From Pseudonocardiaceae bacterium (GTDB taxonomy: Bacteria; Actinomycetota; Actinomycetes; Mycobacteriales; Pseudonocardiaceae): a stretch of DNA of 61,905 nt. Of this stretch, positions 40,019 through 49,128 are shown in pieces (the stretch's first letter is position 1; the number at the start of each line of letters is the position of its first letter). The notes below the pieces were generated by a model, which did no database searches, was not told the DNA's origin, and was given only the letters and a program-made list of their open reading frames with translations. The DNA lies in contig DASWTI010000205.1 of assembly GCA_036402215.1 (NCBI GenBank), positions 1 to 61,905 of the forward strand, given 5' to 3'. Made by a program: the position numbers and the translations under genes.

Positions 40019-41003
40019 CTAGACGAGTAATGCGTAAGTCCGGGGTGGTGACCGGAGACGGACGAAGGGTGTTCAAGATCAGTTTGTGACGACCGACCTG
40101 AACACCCTTCTCACCGCACTCTACGTCAAGATCGACGACCACCTCGCCGGCAGGCCCCGTCAGGGCAGACCGCCGAAACTTACCGACGCCGAGCTGGTCA
40201 CCCTGGCCGTGGCCCAAGCCCTGCTCGGCTTCACCTCCGAGGCCCGTTGGCTGCGTTTCGTGCCCGCCCGGATGCCCGGCGCGTTCCGCTACCTGCCTGG
40301 CCAGTCCGGCTACAACCGCCGACTGCGTGGCGCTTTGCCGGTGGTCAAGCAGGTCATACGGCTGGTGGCCGCCGACACCGACCTGTGGACCGACACCACC
40401 TGGATCGTCGACTCCACCCCCGTCGAATGCGGACGCTCCCGCCCCACTGTCAAGCGCTCGGAGCTGGCCGGCTGGGCCAAATACGGCTACTGCCGCTCGC
40501 ATTCGCGCTGGTTCTGGGGATTGCGCCTGCACCTGGCCTGCACCCCGGCCGGGCTGCCCGTCACCTGGGCCCTGGCCGATCCGAAGATCGACGAGCGCCA
40601 GGTGCTCATGGCGATCTGCGACCACGAACCCCACCTGCTCGGCGACCGACCCGGCCTGCTGATCATCGCCGACAAGGGCTACGTCTCCCGCGAACTCGAC
40701 CGCTACCTCGTCGACCGCGGAGTCCGACTGATCCGACCCTCCTACCGCAACCGCACACCACATCCCGGTGAACCGCTGCTCAAGTCGATCCGCCAGCTCA
40801 TCGAGTCGGTCAACGACACCCTCAAAGGTCAGCTGAACCTCGAACAGCACGGCGGACGCACCATCGAGGGCGTCGGTGTCCGCATCGCCCAACGCCTTCT
40901 GGCCCTGACCGCCGCGATCTGGCACAACCGCACCACCGGCCAACCCATCACCCGATCCCTGACCACCTACGACCACTGACCGAGTTAGGAATTACTCGTC
41001 TAG
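40019..41003 (+). mobile_element. Intact IS982-family insertion sequence
   Basis: Imperfect terminal inverted repeats: ctagacgagtaatGcGtaaGtc on the left, and the reverse complement of gagttaggaattactcgtctag on the right. The first 13 bp are identical. A single transposase ORF lies inside. Confidence 0.8.
40086..40979 (+). CDS. IS982-family DDE transposase
   Basis: LTALYVKIDD N-terminus. DDE context IVDSTPVEC, IIADKGYVS and ESVNDTLKGQL. Confidence 0.85.
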   Translation: MTTDLNTLLTALYVKIDDHLAGRPRQGRPPKLTDAELVTLAVAQALLGFTSEARWLRFVPARMPGAFRYLPGQSGYNRRLRGALPVVKQVIRLVAADTDLWTDTTWIVDSTPVECGRSRPTVKRSELAGWAKYGYCRSHSRWFWGLRLHLACTPAGLPVTWALADPKIDERQVLMAICDHEPHLLGDRPGLLIIADKGYVSRELDRYLVDRGVRLIRPSYRNRTPHPGEPLLKSIRQLIESVNDTLKGQLNLEQHGGRTIEGVGVRIAQRLLALTAAIWHNRTTGQPITRSLTTYDH

Positions 41004-41064
41004 GCCGTGGCCAGGCCGTCGGACGAGGCATCAATCATAAGCTTGGGCCACCGACCGTTCTTAC

Positions 41065-41981
41065 CTACGCCTTCGGTGCCCACTCCACACGGAACGTAAC
41101 CCCGGGAAAAGTGAAGTCGCAATCCGCCTGCCATCCCTGCCGCTCACCACCAGCCACAAGCGAAATGGGAACCTCACCCCCGTAAAGCTGCATGTCTAGA
41201 TCACTGACCGCATCTCCGGTTAGCCAGAAGGAAGTCGCCAGGCATGGGCTAGACAATACGAATGGAAAGCGGCCCATGGCGGACTGATAGGTAACCGCCC
41301 TCGCCTCTTCAGATCGATAGGCCCCGGCGGAGCTTCAGGAAAGGAAAGTTGCGCAGTGACGATCTGACAGCTTCCGTCAGGACGGCGAATCGCCGCCCGA
41401 GCCAGTTCCTGCCGATCAAACTCCTGGGTCTCGATCACGTCCGCCCTTTGCCCTGCACTATGGCCACGAACCTCGACCCGCATCATCTCAAAATGGCTGG
41501 CCGCTTGCCCAGCCATTGAGCCGATCACCCAAGGCTTTGGGTGATTCCACGGACCACTAGAAACATTAACAGAGTCGAACACGTACTTCCCCGTTACCTT
41601 CAGTGCCACCCCCGGTTCATGCCACTCAAAGGAGAGGGTGAAGCGTACTCTTACGTGGACCATAGCAACGGCCTGGAGTTTCGCCTGAAGACCGCCAATA
41701 TATTCCTGCGGCGCATTGACGCCGAAAATTGCTTGCATCGAGAGGCGAGCAACGTCACGAACCAGCGCCAACTTGAGCAAGCGATCCACCGTGAGTCCTA
41801 GAATGCCAGCCACCAGGAGCGCTTCGACGACCGCAGTCACCCCCTCCGACCACCATCCGTCGCCGTACTCGTGGGTAGGCCCGGCCAACAACAAGAGTGT
41901 CGTGGAGAGCACCACCATTCCGGCTAGCCAGGCCCGGGTGATGCCCCGATGAGGTCGCATGAGGGACAGTATTGCCGCCAA
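41065..41981 (-). pseudogene. Lower-GC membrane protein (2 TM helices plus a soluble domain), either frameshifted near 41230-41300 or two overlapping ORFs
   Basis: ORF 41220..41981 has TM segments AWLAGMVVLSTTLLLLAG and VTAVVEALLVAGILGLTV. It continues in another frame as ORF 41065..41277. Many A/T-ending codons compared with neighbours. Confidence 0.45.
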
Positions 41982-42106
41982 GGCCGCTAGCGGGAAACAC
42001 CGTCAACTTGATCTTGATCATCTGCGAACAGCGTCACCTCGTTGCGCTCGTCGTTGAGGACCCGACGGTGGTGGCGTGATTGCGCTCGCGCACGGTGCCG
42101 CCTGGG

Positions 42107-44713
42107 ATGATGTCCGGCATGGCGTCACCGAGACCGCGGCGGGTGTTCCTCAGCTGCACCAGTGAGCTGCGCAAGTACCCTGAGGTGTTCTCCTTCGCCG
42201 ATGCCGTCAAGGCTGCGGTCGACAACGTCGGGGACCGCATAGCCCTGGACGGAGTGACCGGGGCCGATGTCTGCGTGCTGCTGGTCGGGTTCCGATACGG
42301 CGCGCCAGCCCTCGACCGGCCCGAGCTGTCGGTGGTGGAGCACGACTTCGAGACGGCGAGCGCACTCGGCCTGTCTCGGCTGGTCTTCTTGCTGAACGAG
42401 GACGTCATCGGACCGGCGCGCCTGTTCATCGATCCGGAACACGGCGACCACCAGTTCGCCTTCCGCCGTCGACTGACCGAGAGCGCGGCGGTCGTGACCA
42501 TCTCTACGCCCGACGAACTGGAACATGCGGTACGGCTGACGTTGGGCGACCTCCCTAGGGCCAGGACCTTCACGCGGCGTGTCTGGAACATCCCGCCACG
42601 CAACCCCCGCTTCGTCCGTCGACAGAACGTCCTCGACCACCTCGCGAACTCCGGCGGCCCGCGCCTGCTCACCGGCCCAGGGGGAATGGGCAAGACCGCG
42701 GTGGCGATCGAGTTCGCGCATCGCAACTCCGATCGCTACGACCTCGCTTGGCTGGTGAGGCCGGGAGCGGGCGAGTCGGCGCGCCGGTCGCTAGCTGACT
42801 TGGCGGTCGCCCTAGAGCTGGTCGATCCGGCGGTGTCGACCGGACGGGCGCTGGAGGCGCTGCGCATCTACCTGCGTTCACGCCGCAACTGGCTGCTGAT
42901 ATTCGACGAGGTGGACGACGTTGACGGGATTGAGGCGTTCCTGCACCTCGACGGAGATGTCCTCGTCACCAGTCGCCGTAAGCTTCCAGGTGCGTTCAAA
43001 CACGTCGAGGTGAACCAGTTCCTGCGGTCGGAGTCGGTAGAACTCCTGCGTAACCGGCTTCCCGACCTCCGACTGGCCCAGGCGGAGGGCATCGCCACTG
43101 CCGTGGCCGATCTGCCATTGGCGCTGCACGCCGCCGCGGCGTACCTGGAGGACACGCGGATGACTCCCGAGGAGTACCTCGACAAGCTGCGCCGTGGCAC
43201 CGAGGACCTGCTGGCCACCGATGACCTGCTGGCCATTCGCGTCCAGGCGATCATCGCTTCGGCGCTCGACCGCCTCGCTGAGGAAAGCCCATCCGCGTCG
43301 CTGTTGCTCACCGCCGCCGCCTGGCTCGCCCCGCAGGCCGTGCCGCTGTACCTGTTCACCAAACAGGCGGAAACCCTGCTGCCCACGCCGTTGGGACGGG
43401 CGGTGACCGAACCGCTGGAACTCGCCGAGACGGTCTCTCGATTAGGTAATAGTTCGCTGGTCGCGGTCACGCCGGACAGCCTGACGGTCCACAACATGAT
43501 CCGGGAGCTGCTGCGGCGCCGGAGCGAGGACGCCGAGCCACAGGTCGGCGGCTGGCCAGCGATTGTCGCCCGGCTGCTGCGCGCGGCGTTGCCGGACGAT
43601 CCGGTCGCCCATCCCGAGTTGTGGCGCGACCTCCTGCCGCATGTGCTGACCGCCACGGACAAGAACCGCCGGCTGCACGAGGCGGTCGACCATGTCATCT
43701 GGTTGCTGGACCGGGCCTACCGGTACCTAACCCACGAGGGCGAGCACGAACGCGCGCGCGAGGTCCGCGATCGGGCGACCGCGTGGTCCCGGTCCAGGGC
43801 GGCCGGGGAGGCGACTCGCACTCTGGTTGATGTCGAACGGGCCTACCAGCGGCTGAGCAGCGGGAGCCCGCCCGATCACCCCGACGTGCTGGCGGCGGCG
43901 AGTGATCTGGCCGCGGCGTTGCAGGAAACCGGGCGCTACCACGAAGCCCGCCAGCTGTACCAACGTGTGCTCGAGGCACGGAAGGTGAACCTGGGCGAAA
44001 CCCATCGCGAGACCCTTGTCGCGAAAGCCAATCTGGCGGCGCTCCTGCGCGAGATAGGCGAGTACCACCTCGCCCGCGACCACGAGGCATCCGTGGCGGC
44101 GTGGTTCCTCAAGCTGCACGGCGAGGACGACCCGGACACCTTGACGGCCGAGACGAACCTGGCTGTGACGCTGCGCGAACTCGGCGAGCACCAGCGGGCG
44201 CACCGGCTCGACCGGTCTATCCTGAAGCGGTCGCGAAGGGTGTTCGGCGAGTACCACCCGAGGACCCTGCTTGCGATGACCAGCTTCGCCGCGGACCTGG
44301 TCGCGCTGGGTGACTACCACGAAGCGCGAGCCTTGAGCGAGCAGGCGTGGGAGCGTTATCGCCAGGTGCTTGGACCCGACCACCCCGACACGCTGGTAGC
44401 CGCGACAAGCCTGGCTGCGATCCTCTCCGCGCAGGGGGAGCACGAGCGGGCGTTTCGAGTGGACGAGGACACGTTCACCCGCTACCGGCGCGTGCTTGGC
44501 GACGACCACCCGCACACCCTGTTGTCGGCCAACAATCTCGCGGCCGACCTGCGGGAACTGGGTAGGTTCGAGGAGGCGGCCCGGCTGGATCGGCAGACGT
44601 GGGAGAGGTTCCGGCGCGTGCTTGGCGAGGACCACCCGGACACCGTCCGATCGGCGGGCAACCTGGCGCTCAGCCTCAAAGCGCGCGACGAGTCGAAACG
44701 GGCCAGGTCATGA
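42107..44713 (+). CDS. STAND NTPase: DUF4062-like N-terminal domain, NB-ARC, then TPR (TPR_10/12-type) repeats
   Basis: RVFLSCTSELRKYPE...CVLLVGFRYG...EHDFETA..LVFLL is DUF4062-like. P-loop LTGPGGMGKTAVAIEFA. Repeated ...HPDTL(x)A(x)NLA... TPR units run to the C-terminus. The start is uncertain (42080-42119). Confidence 0.8.
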   Translation: MMSGMASPRPRRVFLSCTSELRKYPEVFSFADAVKAAVDNVGDRIALDGVTGADVCVLLVGFRYGAPALDRPELSVVEHDFETASALGLSRLVFLLNEDVIGPARLFIDPEHGDHQFAFRRRLTESAAVVTISTPDELEHAVRLTLGDLPRARTFTRRVWNIPPRNPRFVRRQNVLDHLANSGGPRLLTGPGGMGKTAVAIEFAHRNSDRYDLAWLVRPGAGESARRSLADLAVALELVDPAVSTGRALEALRIYLRSRRNWLLIFDEVDDVDGIEAFLHLDGDVLVTSRRKLPGAFKHVEVNQFLRSESVELLRNRLPDLRLAQAEGIATAVADLPLALHAAAAYLEDTRMTPEEYLDKLRRGTEDLLATDDLLAIRVQAIIASALDRLAEESPSASLLLTAAAWLAPQAVPLYLFTKQAETLLPTPLGRAVTEPLELAETVSRLGNSSLVAVTPDSLTVHNMIRELLRRRSEDAEPQVGGWPAIVARLLRAALPDDPVAHPELWRDLLPHVLTATDKNRRLHEAVDHVIWLLDRAYRYLTHEGEHERAREVRDRATAWSRSRAAGEATRTLVDVERAYQRLSSGSPPDHPDVLAAASDLAAALQETGRYHEARQLYQRVLEARKVNLGETHRETLVAKANLAALLREIGEYHLARDHEASVAAWFLKLHGEDDPDTLTAETNLAVTLRELGEHQRAHRLDRSILKRSRRVFGEYHPRTLLAMTSFAADLVALGDYHEARALSEQAWERYRQVLGPDHPDTLVAATSLAAILSAQGEHERAFRVDEDTFTRYRRVLGDDHPHTLLSANNLAADLRELGRFEEAARLDRQTWERFRRVLGEDHPDTVRSAGNLALSLKARDESKRARS

Positions 44714-45990
44714 GCAACCCTGGGTGGCGACCGCCGGGTCGGCCGCGGGTCCGGCACGGCTACTACACCGGCGGTCCGCTCGTCGGCGACTTCTACGGCC
44801 TGTCGCACGAGGCAGCCATCATGGAGTCCGGGGTGCGACAGGTCTTCACCCCGCACCAACCAGTGCAACCAGGCGAGGAACTGGCCGGCCGCAAGCGCGA
44901 GGTCCGCAAGCTCGTCGAAGTGCTGAACACGCCGGGCCAGCACGCCCTGCTCTACGGCGACCGCGGGGTAGGAAAGAGCTCGCTGGCCAACGTCGTGTCG
45001 CACGCGTTCCGGCAAGCCGCAGGCCGCGACTACTTCGTCAAACGGTGCGACCATACGGACACGTTCGAGTCGATCTTCCGGGACCCGCTGGCTGCGGTTG
45101 GCGTGGATGTGCTGCGCGTCGAGTACGTCACGCAGGAGATCACGACGCGGAAAGCGGAGGTCGCCGCGTTCGACGTGCTCACGGCTGGCCGGGAGCGGCA
45201 GCACGGCCAGTCGACCACCTACCGACCAGAAGGCACCATGGGTGCGTCCGAGGCGGCCCGGCACCTCGCTGGCCTGAGCGGCTTCATGTTGATCGATGAG
45301 CTGGACGGGGTGGGCGACCCCGTGGCCCGGCGCAAGGTCGCCGAACTGATCAAGCAGCTCAGCGACCTTGGGTCGGCGTTCAAGCTGCTGCTGGTCGGCA
45401 TCGCCGAGACCGCCACGGACCTGACCGGCGCGCACCCATCGGTCCAACGGTCGTTACGCGAGACCAAGCTGCACCTGATGGCCGAGGAAACCCTGCGGAA
45501 CATCATCGCGCGCGGCGCGCACCGGCTGGGGTTGTCGTTCGACGACGACGTGATGACGGCGATCGCCCGGTTGAGCGCCGGCTATCCCCATTTCACTCAC
45601 CTGTTGGCGCTCAAGTGCGCCGAGAACGCCATCCGCAATGGGCAGCGACGAGTGGAGCCCTCCGATCTGCCGCTGGCGATGACCATTGCCGTGGAGGACG
45701 CGGAGGGTACGCTGCGGCAGGCCTACCACTCAGGCGTGCGCGCGTCGGCCGAAGGCCACCGCGCGGTGCTGACCGCCGCCGCATCGCTCGACGGCATCGA
45801 ATTCACCACCGCCCAGTTGCGCGACGCGCTTCCACCCGCACTCAACCCGGCGGGACCGCTGCGGCGGTTGGTGTCCGACGACGGAGCCACCATCCTGCGG
45901 CGCACCACCAAGGGCGTTTACCGCTTCAGCGACCCTCGGATGCGCAGCTACATCCGGATCATCCACCTCATGATCGACCCGATCGGGTAG
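44710..45990 (+). CDS. ORC/Cdc6-like AAA+ ATPase with a C-terminal winged-helix-like region
   Basis: ATGA overlap with the STAND stop. Walker A YGDRGVGKSSLANV and Walker B FMLIDELDGV. Lid AGYPHFTHLLALKCAENA. Confidence 0.75.
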   Translation: MSNPGWRPPGRPRVRHGYYTGGPLVGDFYGLSHEAAIMESGVRQVFTPHQPVQPGEELAGRKREVRKLVEVLNTPGQHALLYGDRGVGKSSLANVVSHAFRQAAGRDYFVKRCDHTDTFESIFRDPLAAVGVDVLRVEYVTQEITTRKAEVAAFDVLTAGRERQHGQSTTYRPEGTMGASEAARHLAGLSGFMLIDELDGVGDPVARRKVAELIKQLSDLGSAFKLLLVGIAETATDLTGAHPSVQRSLRETKLHLMAEETLRNIIARGAHRLGLSFDDDVMTAIARLSAGYPHFTHLLALKCAENAIRNGQRRVEPSDLPLAMTIAVEDAEGTLRQAYHSGVRASAEGHRAVLTAAASLDGIEFTTAQLRDALPPALNPAGPLRRLVSDDGATILRRTTKGVYRFSDPRMRSYIRIIHLMIDPIG

Positions 45991-46157
45991 CCAGTGACGT
46001 ACATCGAGCGCCTCGACCAGCAGGTCTTCCGGAGTCACCAGCGGCGGTAGCCCCCACCGCCACACCTCTTCGTACTGCGCTCTACGGTCTCAACTCCGAC
46101 GACGGGTTGCGTGACAGAACTGCCGCACCGTACGCGAAGACCAGCCACAATGGCGTT

Positions 46158-46556
46158 TTAGGCGACGTACGTGACCTCATCGTCCGGCTGGAGCGGACCG
46201 AAACCGAACTGGCCTGCAGGTTGGCAAAGGTTCAGTATCTCTCCGAGGTGGACGATCGCTGCGTCCGGGAGTGGCGGCAGTGGCGGTGACTCCACCGGTC
46301 GTCGAGGCGGGCGGCCGCGGCACAGCACCGTCCGTCCGTTCTGGCGTAGGTGGAACAGCTGGTCCTCTCCGAGGACCGCATCGAGCATGACCCGGTCGTT
46401 CGACTCTCGCCGCCAGCACTGACCGCCGGCGGCCTCGGTGACCAGGTCCTGAACGCCGTCGTAGTCCAGCTCGGTGGCGTATCGGAGCAGCAACTCTTCC
46501 CGTCGACGCTGGGAGAAGTCCTCCAGGCTCACCATGCTGCTCATCACGGGGTGCAT
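46158..46556 (-). CDS. Hypothetical protein
   Basis: 132-aa ORF with a plausible globular translation. No family recognised. The start is uncertain. Confidence 0.4.
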   Translation of the reverse strand: MHPVMSSMVSLEDFSQRRREELLLRYATELDYDGVQDLVTEAAGGQCWRRESNDRVMLDAVLGEDQLFHLRQNGRTVLCRGRPPRRPVESPPLPPLPDAAIVHLGEILNLCQPAGQFGFGPLQPDDEVTYVA

Positions 46557-46670
46557 GCCGGCGATCGAACCGCTCGGACTCGCACGCCGCAGTCGGAAGC
46601 CTCGCGGGCTGCCTGGCCTCCAGGCAAAGGCTTCGACCCCGGACGTCGTATTGCACCAGTCTTGTGCGCC

Positions 46671-47156
46671 TCAGGCAGTCTCCCAGTCCAGGTCGAGCAT
46701 GGCGTCGAGTTTGAACTCGAGGGTGAGGGTGTAGACGATTCGTTGGTCGCCGGGGACGAGGGGCGTCGGGTCGGGTTCGCGTTCTTTCCGGTAGTGCACG
46801 TCGATGATGGTGATGTCGTCGTGTCGGCGTCGGACCCAGGTGGTGAGCCGGGTGAGGACGGCGCGGATGTCGTGGCCGCGGAACACGGCGTCGCAGTGGT
46901 TGGGGATGGAGACCTGTACGTGGTCCATGCCCGCGTCGGCCGGGTCGGTGTCGTCTGCGTGTTCGGCATGGGCGGCGGAGTCATCGTCTGCGCCGAGGGC
47001 GGTGGTCAGGTCGGTGATGGTGTTGGCCGGGAGGACGGCGGTGCCGCCTTCGGGCAGGACCAGGGCGTGGTCGTTGCCGGTGTCGATGATGTGCAGGTGG
47101 GTGGTGGTGCCGTCGAGGGTTCGGCAGGCGACGTTGGTCTCCTGGCTCGAGGTCAT
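46671..47156 (-). CDS. Hypothetical protein (AICE-like block)
   Basis: ATG 47156 forms an ATGA overlap with the upstream gene. Acidic, non-repetitive translation. Confidence 0.5.
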   Translation of the reverse strand: MTSSQETNVACRTLDGTTTHLHIIDTGNDHALVLPEGGTAVLPANTITDLTTALGADDDSAAHAEHADDTDPADAGMDHVQVSIPNHCDAVFRGHDIRAVLTRLTTWVRRRHDDITIIDVHYRKEREPDPTPLVPGDQRIVYTLTLEFKLDAMLDLDWETA

Positions 47157-47458
47157 GGCCGACGGTCCGGGTGGTGGCCGGCGGTGAGGTGGTGGCCGGC
47201 GATGGCGGCGGACATGTCGAGTACGTCCTGGGAGGTGCAGCCGGGTCCGCACCGGACGGTGACGTGGCCGGTGGGGTTGATCTCGGCGGTGTAGCGGATC
47301 GGCAGGTCGTTGAGGTCGGCGACGGCACGAGAATCCGCGGGTCCGCCGCAGGTGAACGTGATCTGCAGGCCCGAATCGGATGGCCCCGCGAGTTGCCCGG
47401 ACGGTGGCCCCGGTGGTGGCTCGATCCGTGCGGGGTTCGGTCTCGGTGGTCGGTTCAC
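47153..47458 (-). CDS. Hypothetical protein (AICE-like block)
   Basis: GTG 47458 forms a GTGA overlap with the upstream stop. ..LQITFTCGGPADSRAVADLNDLPIRYTAEINPTGHVTVRCGPGC. Confidence 0.45.
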   Translation of the reverse strand: MNRPPRPNPARIEPPPGPPSGQLAGPSDSGLQITFTCGGPADSRAVADLNDLPIRYTAEINPTGHVTVRCGPGCTSQDVLDMSAAIAGHHLTAGHHPDRRP

Positions 47459-47955
47459 GATGCCTCCTCCTGTGGCAGATCTGGTTCTTGGTGGTGCTCG
47501 TGGTTCGCGGCCGGTTCGACGAAGGTGGGCACGGCGGGGCCTTGGTGGCGTTGGGGCAGCGGCCGTGCCGGTCGGTGTTGTGCCGAGAACGCGGGTGTCA
47601 GGGCGGTGAGGGGGGAGGCGGTGGTGCTGGCCTGGGTGAGTGCGTGGAGGGCGTCTCGGTTGGTGATGACGACGGTGGTCCAGGCGTCTGCCGTGGCGCC
47701 GGTGGTGTGGATGAGGCCGCGTCGTTGCAGGGTGTGGATGGAGCGGCGGAGGTAGACGCCGACTCGGCTGCCGCGGCTGCTGCCACCGTGCGTTTTGTGG
47801 GTGGGGCGGTCGTCCAGCGGTCGGGTGGTCCTCCAGAGGTGGTGCAGGGCTTCGCGTTGCAGCTGGGGGTTTTCGGTGGTGGTGTGGTCGAGCAGCATGG
47901 TGGCCAGGTCGAGGACGCGTCCGGTGAGCAGCTGATCGGGGTCGTCGATGGTCAT
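47455..47955 (-). CDS. Hypothetical protein (AICE-like block)
   Basis: ATGA overlap with the GntR stop. 166 aa. Confidence 0.45.
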   Translation of the reverse strand: MTIDDPDQLLTGRVLDLATMLLDHTTTENPQLQREALHHLWRTTRPLDDRPTHKTHGGSSRGSRVGVYLRRSIHTLQRRGLIHTTGATADAWTTVVITNRDALHALTQASTTASPLTALTPAFSAQHRPARPLPQRHQGPAVPTFVEPAANHEHHQEPDLPQEEAS

Positions 47956-48446
47956 GGCGTCTGCCCCGGGTCGCCGTCGGCCTGATCATCGGGCTGGTCG
48001 TCGTCTGGCGGGTCGTCGGGTGGGTGGTCGGGTAGGTCGAGGGTGTGGAGTAGGACGACGCGGTCGGCGCGCCAGTAGCGGGTGTGGCCGTCGGGGTAGG
48101 TGACGACGAGCAGTGGGGTGCCGGCGGGGACGTGGTGTTCGCGGGCTTCGTCGGCGGTGGGCATCCGGGCCTGCACGGTGTGCCCGGGGCCGGGGGCGAC
48201 GGGGAGGTGGACGGTGCGGGGTGGGATGGCGGGGCGGACGTAGGAGCCGTGGCGGGGCCGGGTGATGATGAGGCCGTCGGTGCGCAGGACGGCGAGGGCG
48301 CGGCGGATCATGGAGCGGTTGCTGGCGAACTCGGTGATGAGGTCGGTTTCCGAGGGCAGCCGGCTGCCGGGGGGCCACTGGCCGGAGTCGATGCGCCGGC
48401 GCAGCAGGTCGGCCAGCCGGCGGTACTGCGGGGTCTTGTTGGTCAC
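47952..48446 (-). CDS. GntR-family transcriptional regulator (KorSA-like position in an actinomycete ICE)
   Basis: YRRLADLLRRRIDSGQWPPGSRLPSETDLITEFASNRSMIRRALAVLRTDGLI is a GntR winged HTH. Confidence 0.8.
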   Translation of the reverse strand: MTNKTPQYRRLADLLRRRIDSGQWPPGSRLPSETDLITEFASNRSMIRRALAVLRTDGLIITRPRHGSYVRPAIPPRTVHLPVAPGPGHTVQARMPTADEAREHHVPAGTPLLVVTYPDGHTRYWRADRVVLLHTLDLPDHPPDDPPDDDQPDDQADGDPGQTP

Positions 48447-49111
48447 CGGTCATCCCCGGTGCTCGGGCTGGCGGTCAGACGGAAGCTGCGTGCAAAGGCT
48501 GCTGAGCGCAGCCGCTGCCAGGTCTTGAGCGCGGTCCACTGCACGGCCAGCGAATGCGGCAGCTCACGCGCCGCGGGCAGGCGGGGCACCACGACCGGGT
48601 CCGGGTCGGCGGCCGGGTGCGTGGTGTCGCGTTGTGATGGCACGGCCGGGCCTGAGCAGGGGGCCCAGCGGACGGTGTGGTCGTCGGCTGATCGGGTGGG
48701 AGGCAACGGGATCCACCGGCCGTCGCGGATGAGGCGGATCCCGCTGTCGCGGGGCAGGTCCTGGATCTGCGGGGAGCCGGGGGTGACGAGGAACCACCAC
48801 AGGGCGCTGCCGGCCACCGGCCAGGTGTCGTGGGTCAGGGTGAGCACGGGGGCGGGCCAGCCGGTGGTGGTCATGTGCTCGCCGACCTCGGCGGGTACTT
48901 CGACGAGGTCGAAGCGGCCGGCGCTGGGGCAGGCGATGCCGTAGTCCTCGTGCCGCCACCATTCCGCGGTTTCGGCGGCGGAGGCCGGTGGGCGGGTGGT
49001 GATCAGGGTGGTGAACCGGGGTGGCCGGCTGGCCAGGACCGGCCACCCGGCCGACCACAACGCCACCGCCGTCGCACCCACGACGCTCGGCGGCCCTCCA
49101 GGCGTCCGCAT
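48443..49111 (-). CDS. Hypothetical protein, weakly Prim-Pol (bifunctional primase/polymerase N-terminal)-like
   Basis: AVALWSAGWPVL...AAETAEWWRHEDYGIACPSAGRFDLVEVP resembles the Prim-Pol N-terminal domain, but the acidic catalytic motif is not obvious. Confidence 0.4.
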   Translation of the reverse strand: MRTPGGPPSVVGATAVALWSAGWPVLASRPPRFTTLITTRPPASAAETAEWWRHEDYGIACPSAGRFDLVEVPAEVGEHMTTTGWPAPVLTLTHDTWPVAGSALWWFLVTPGSPQIQDLPRDSGIRLIRDGRWIPLPPTRSADDHTVRWAPCSGPAVPSQRDTTHPAADPDPVVVPRLPAARELPHSLAVQWTALKTWQRLRSAAFARSFRLTASPSTGDDR

Positions 49112-49128
49112 CGTGCTGCCACCCGGGG

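Noticed and set aside
45730-46065. ORF 45730..46065 (-, 111 aa) overlapping the 3' end of the AAA+ ATPase gene.
   Set aside because: Most of it is antisense to a well-supported CDS. Only about 25 codons lie outside that CDS.
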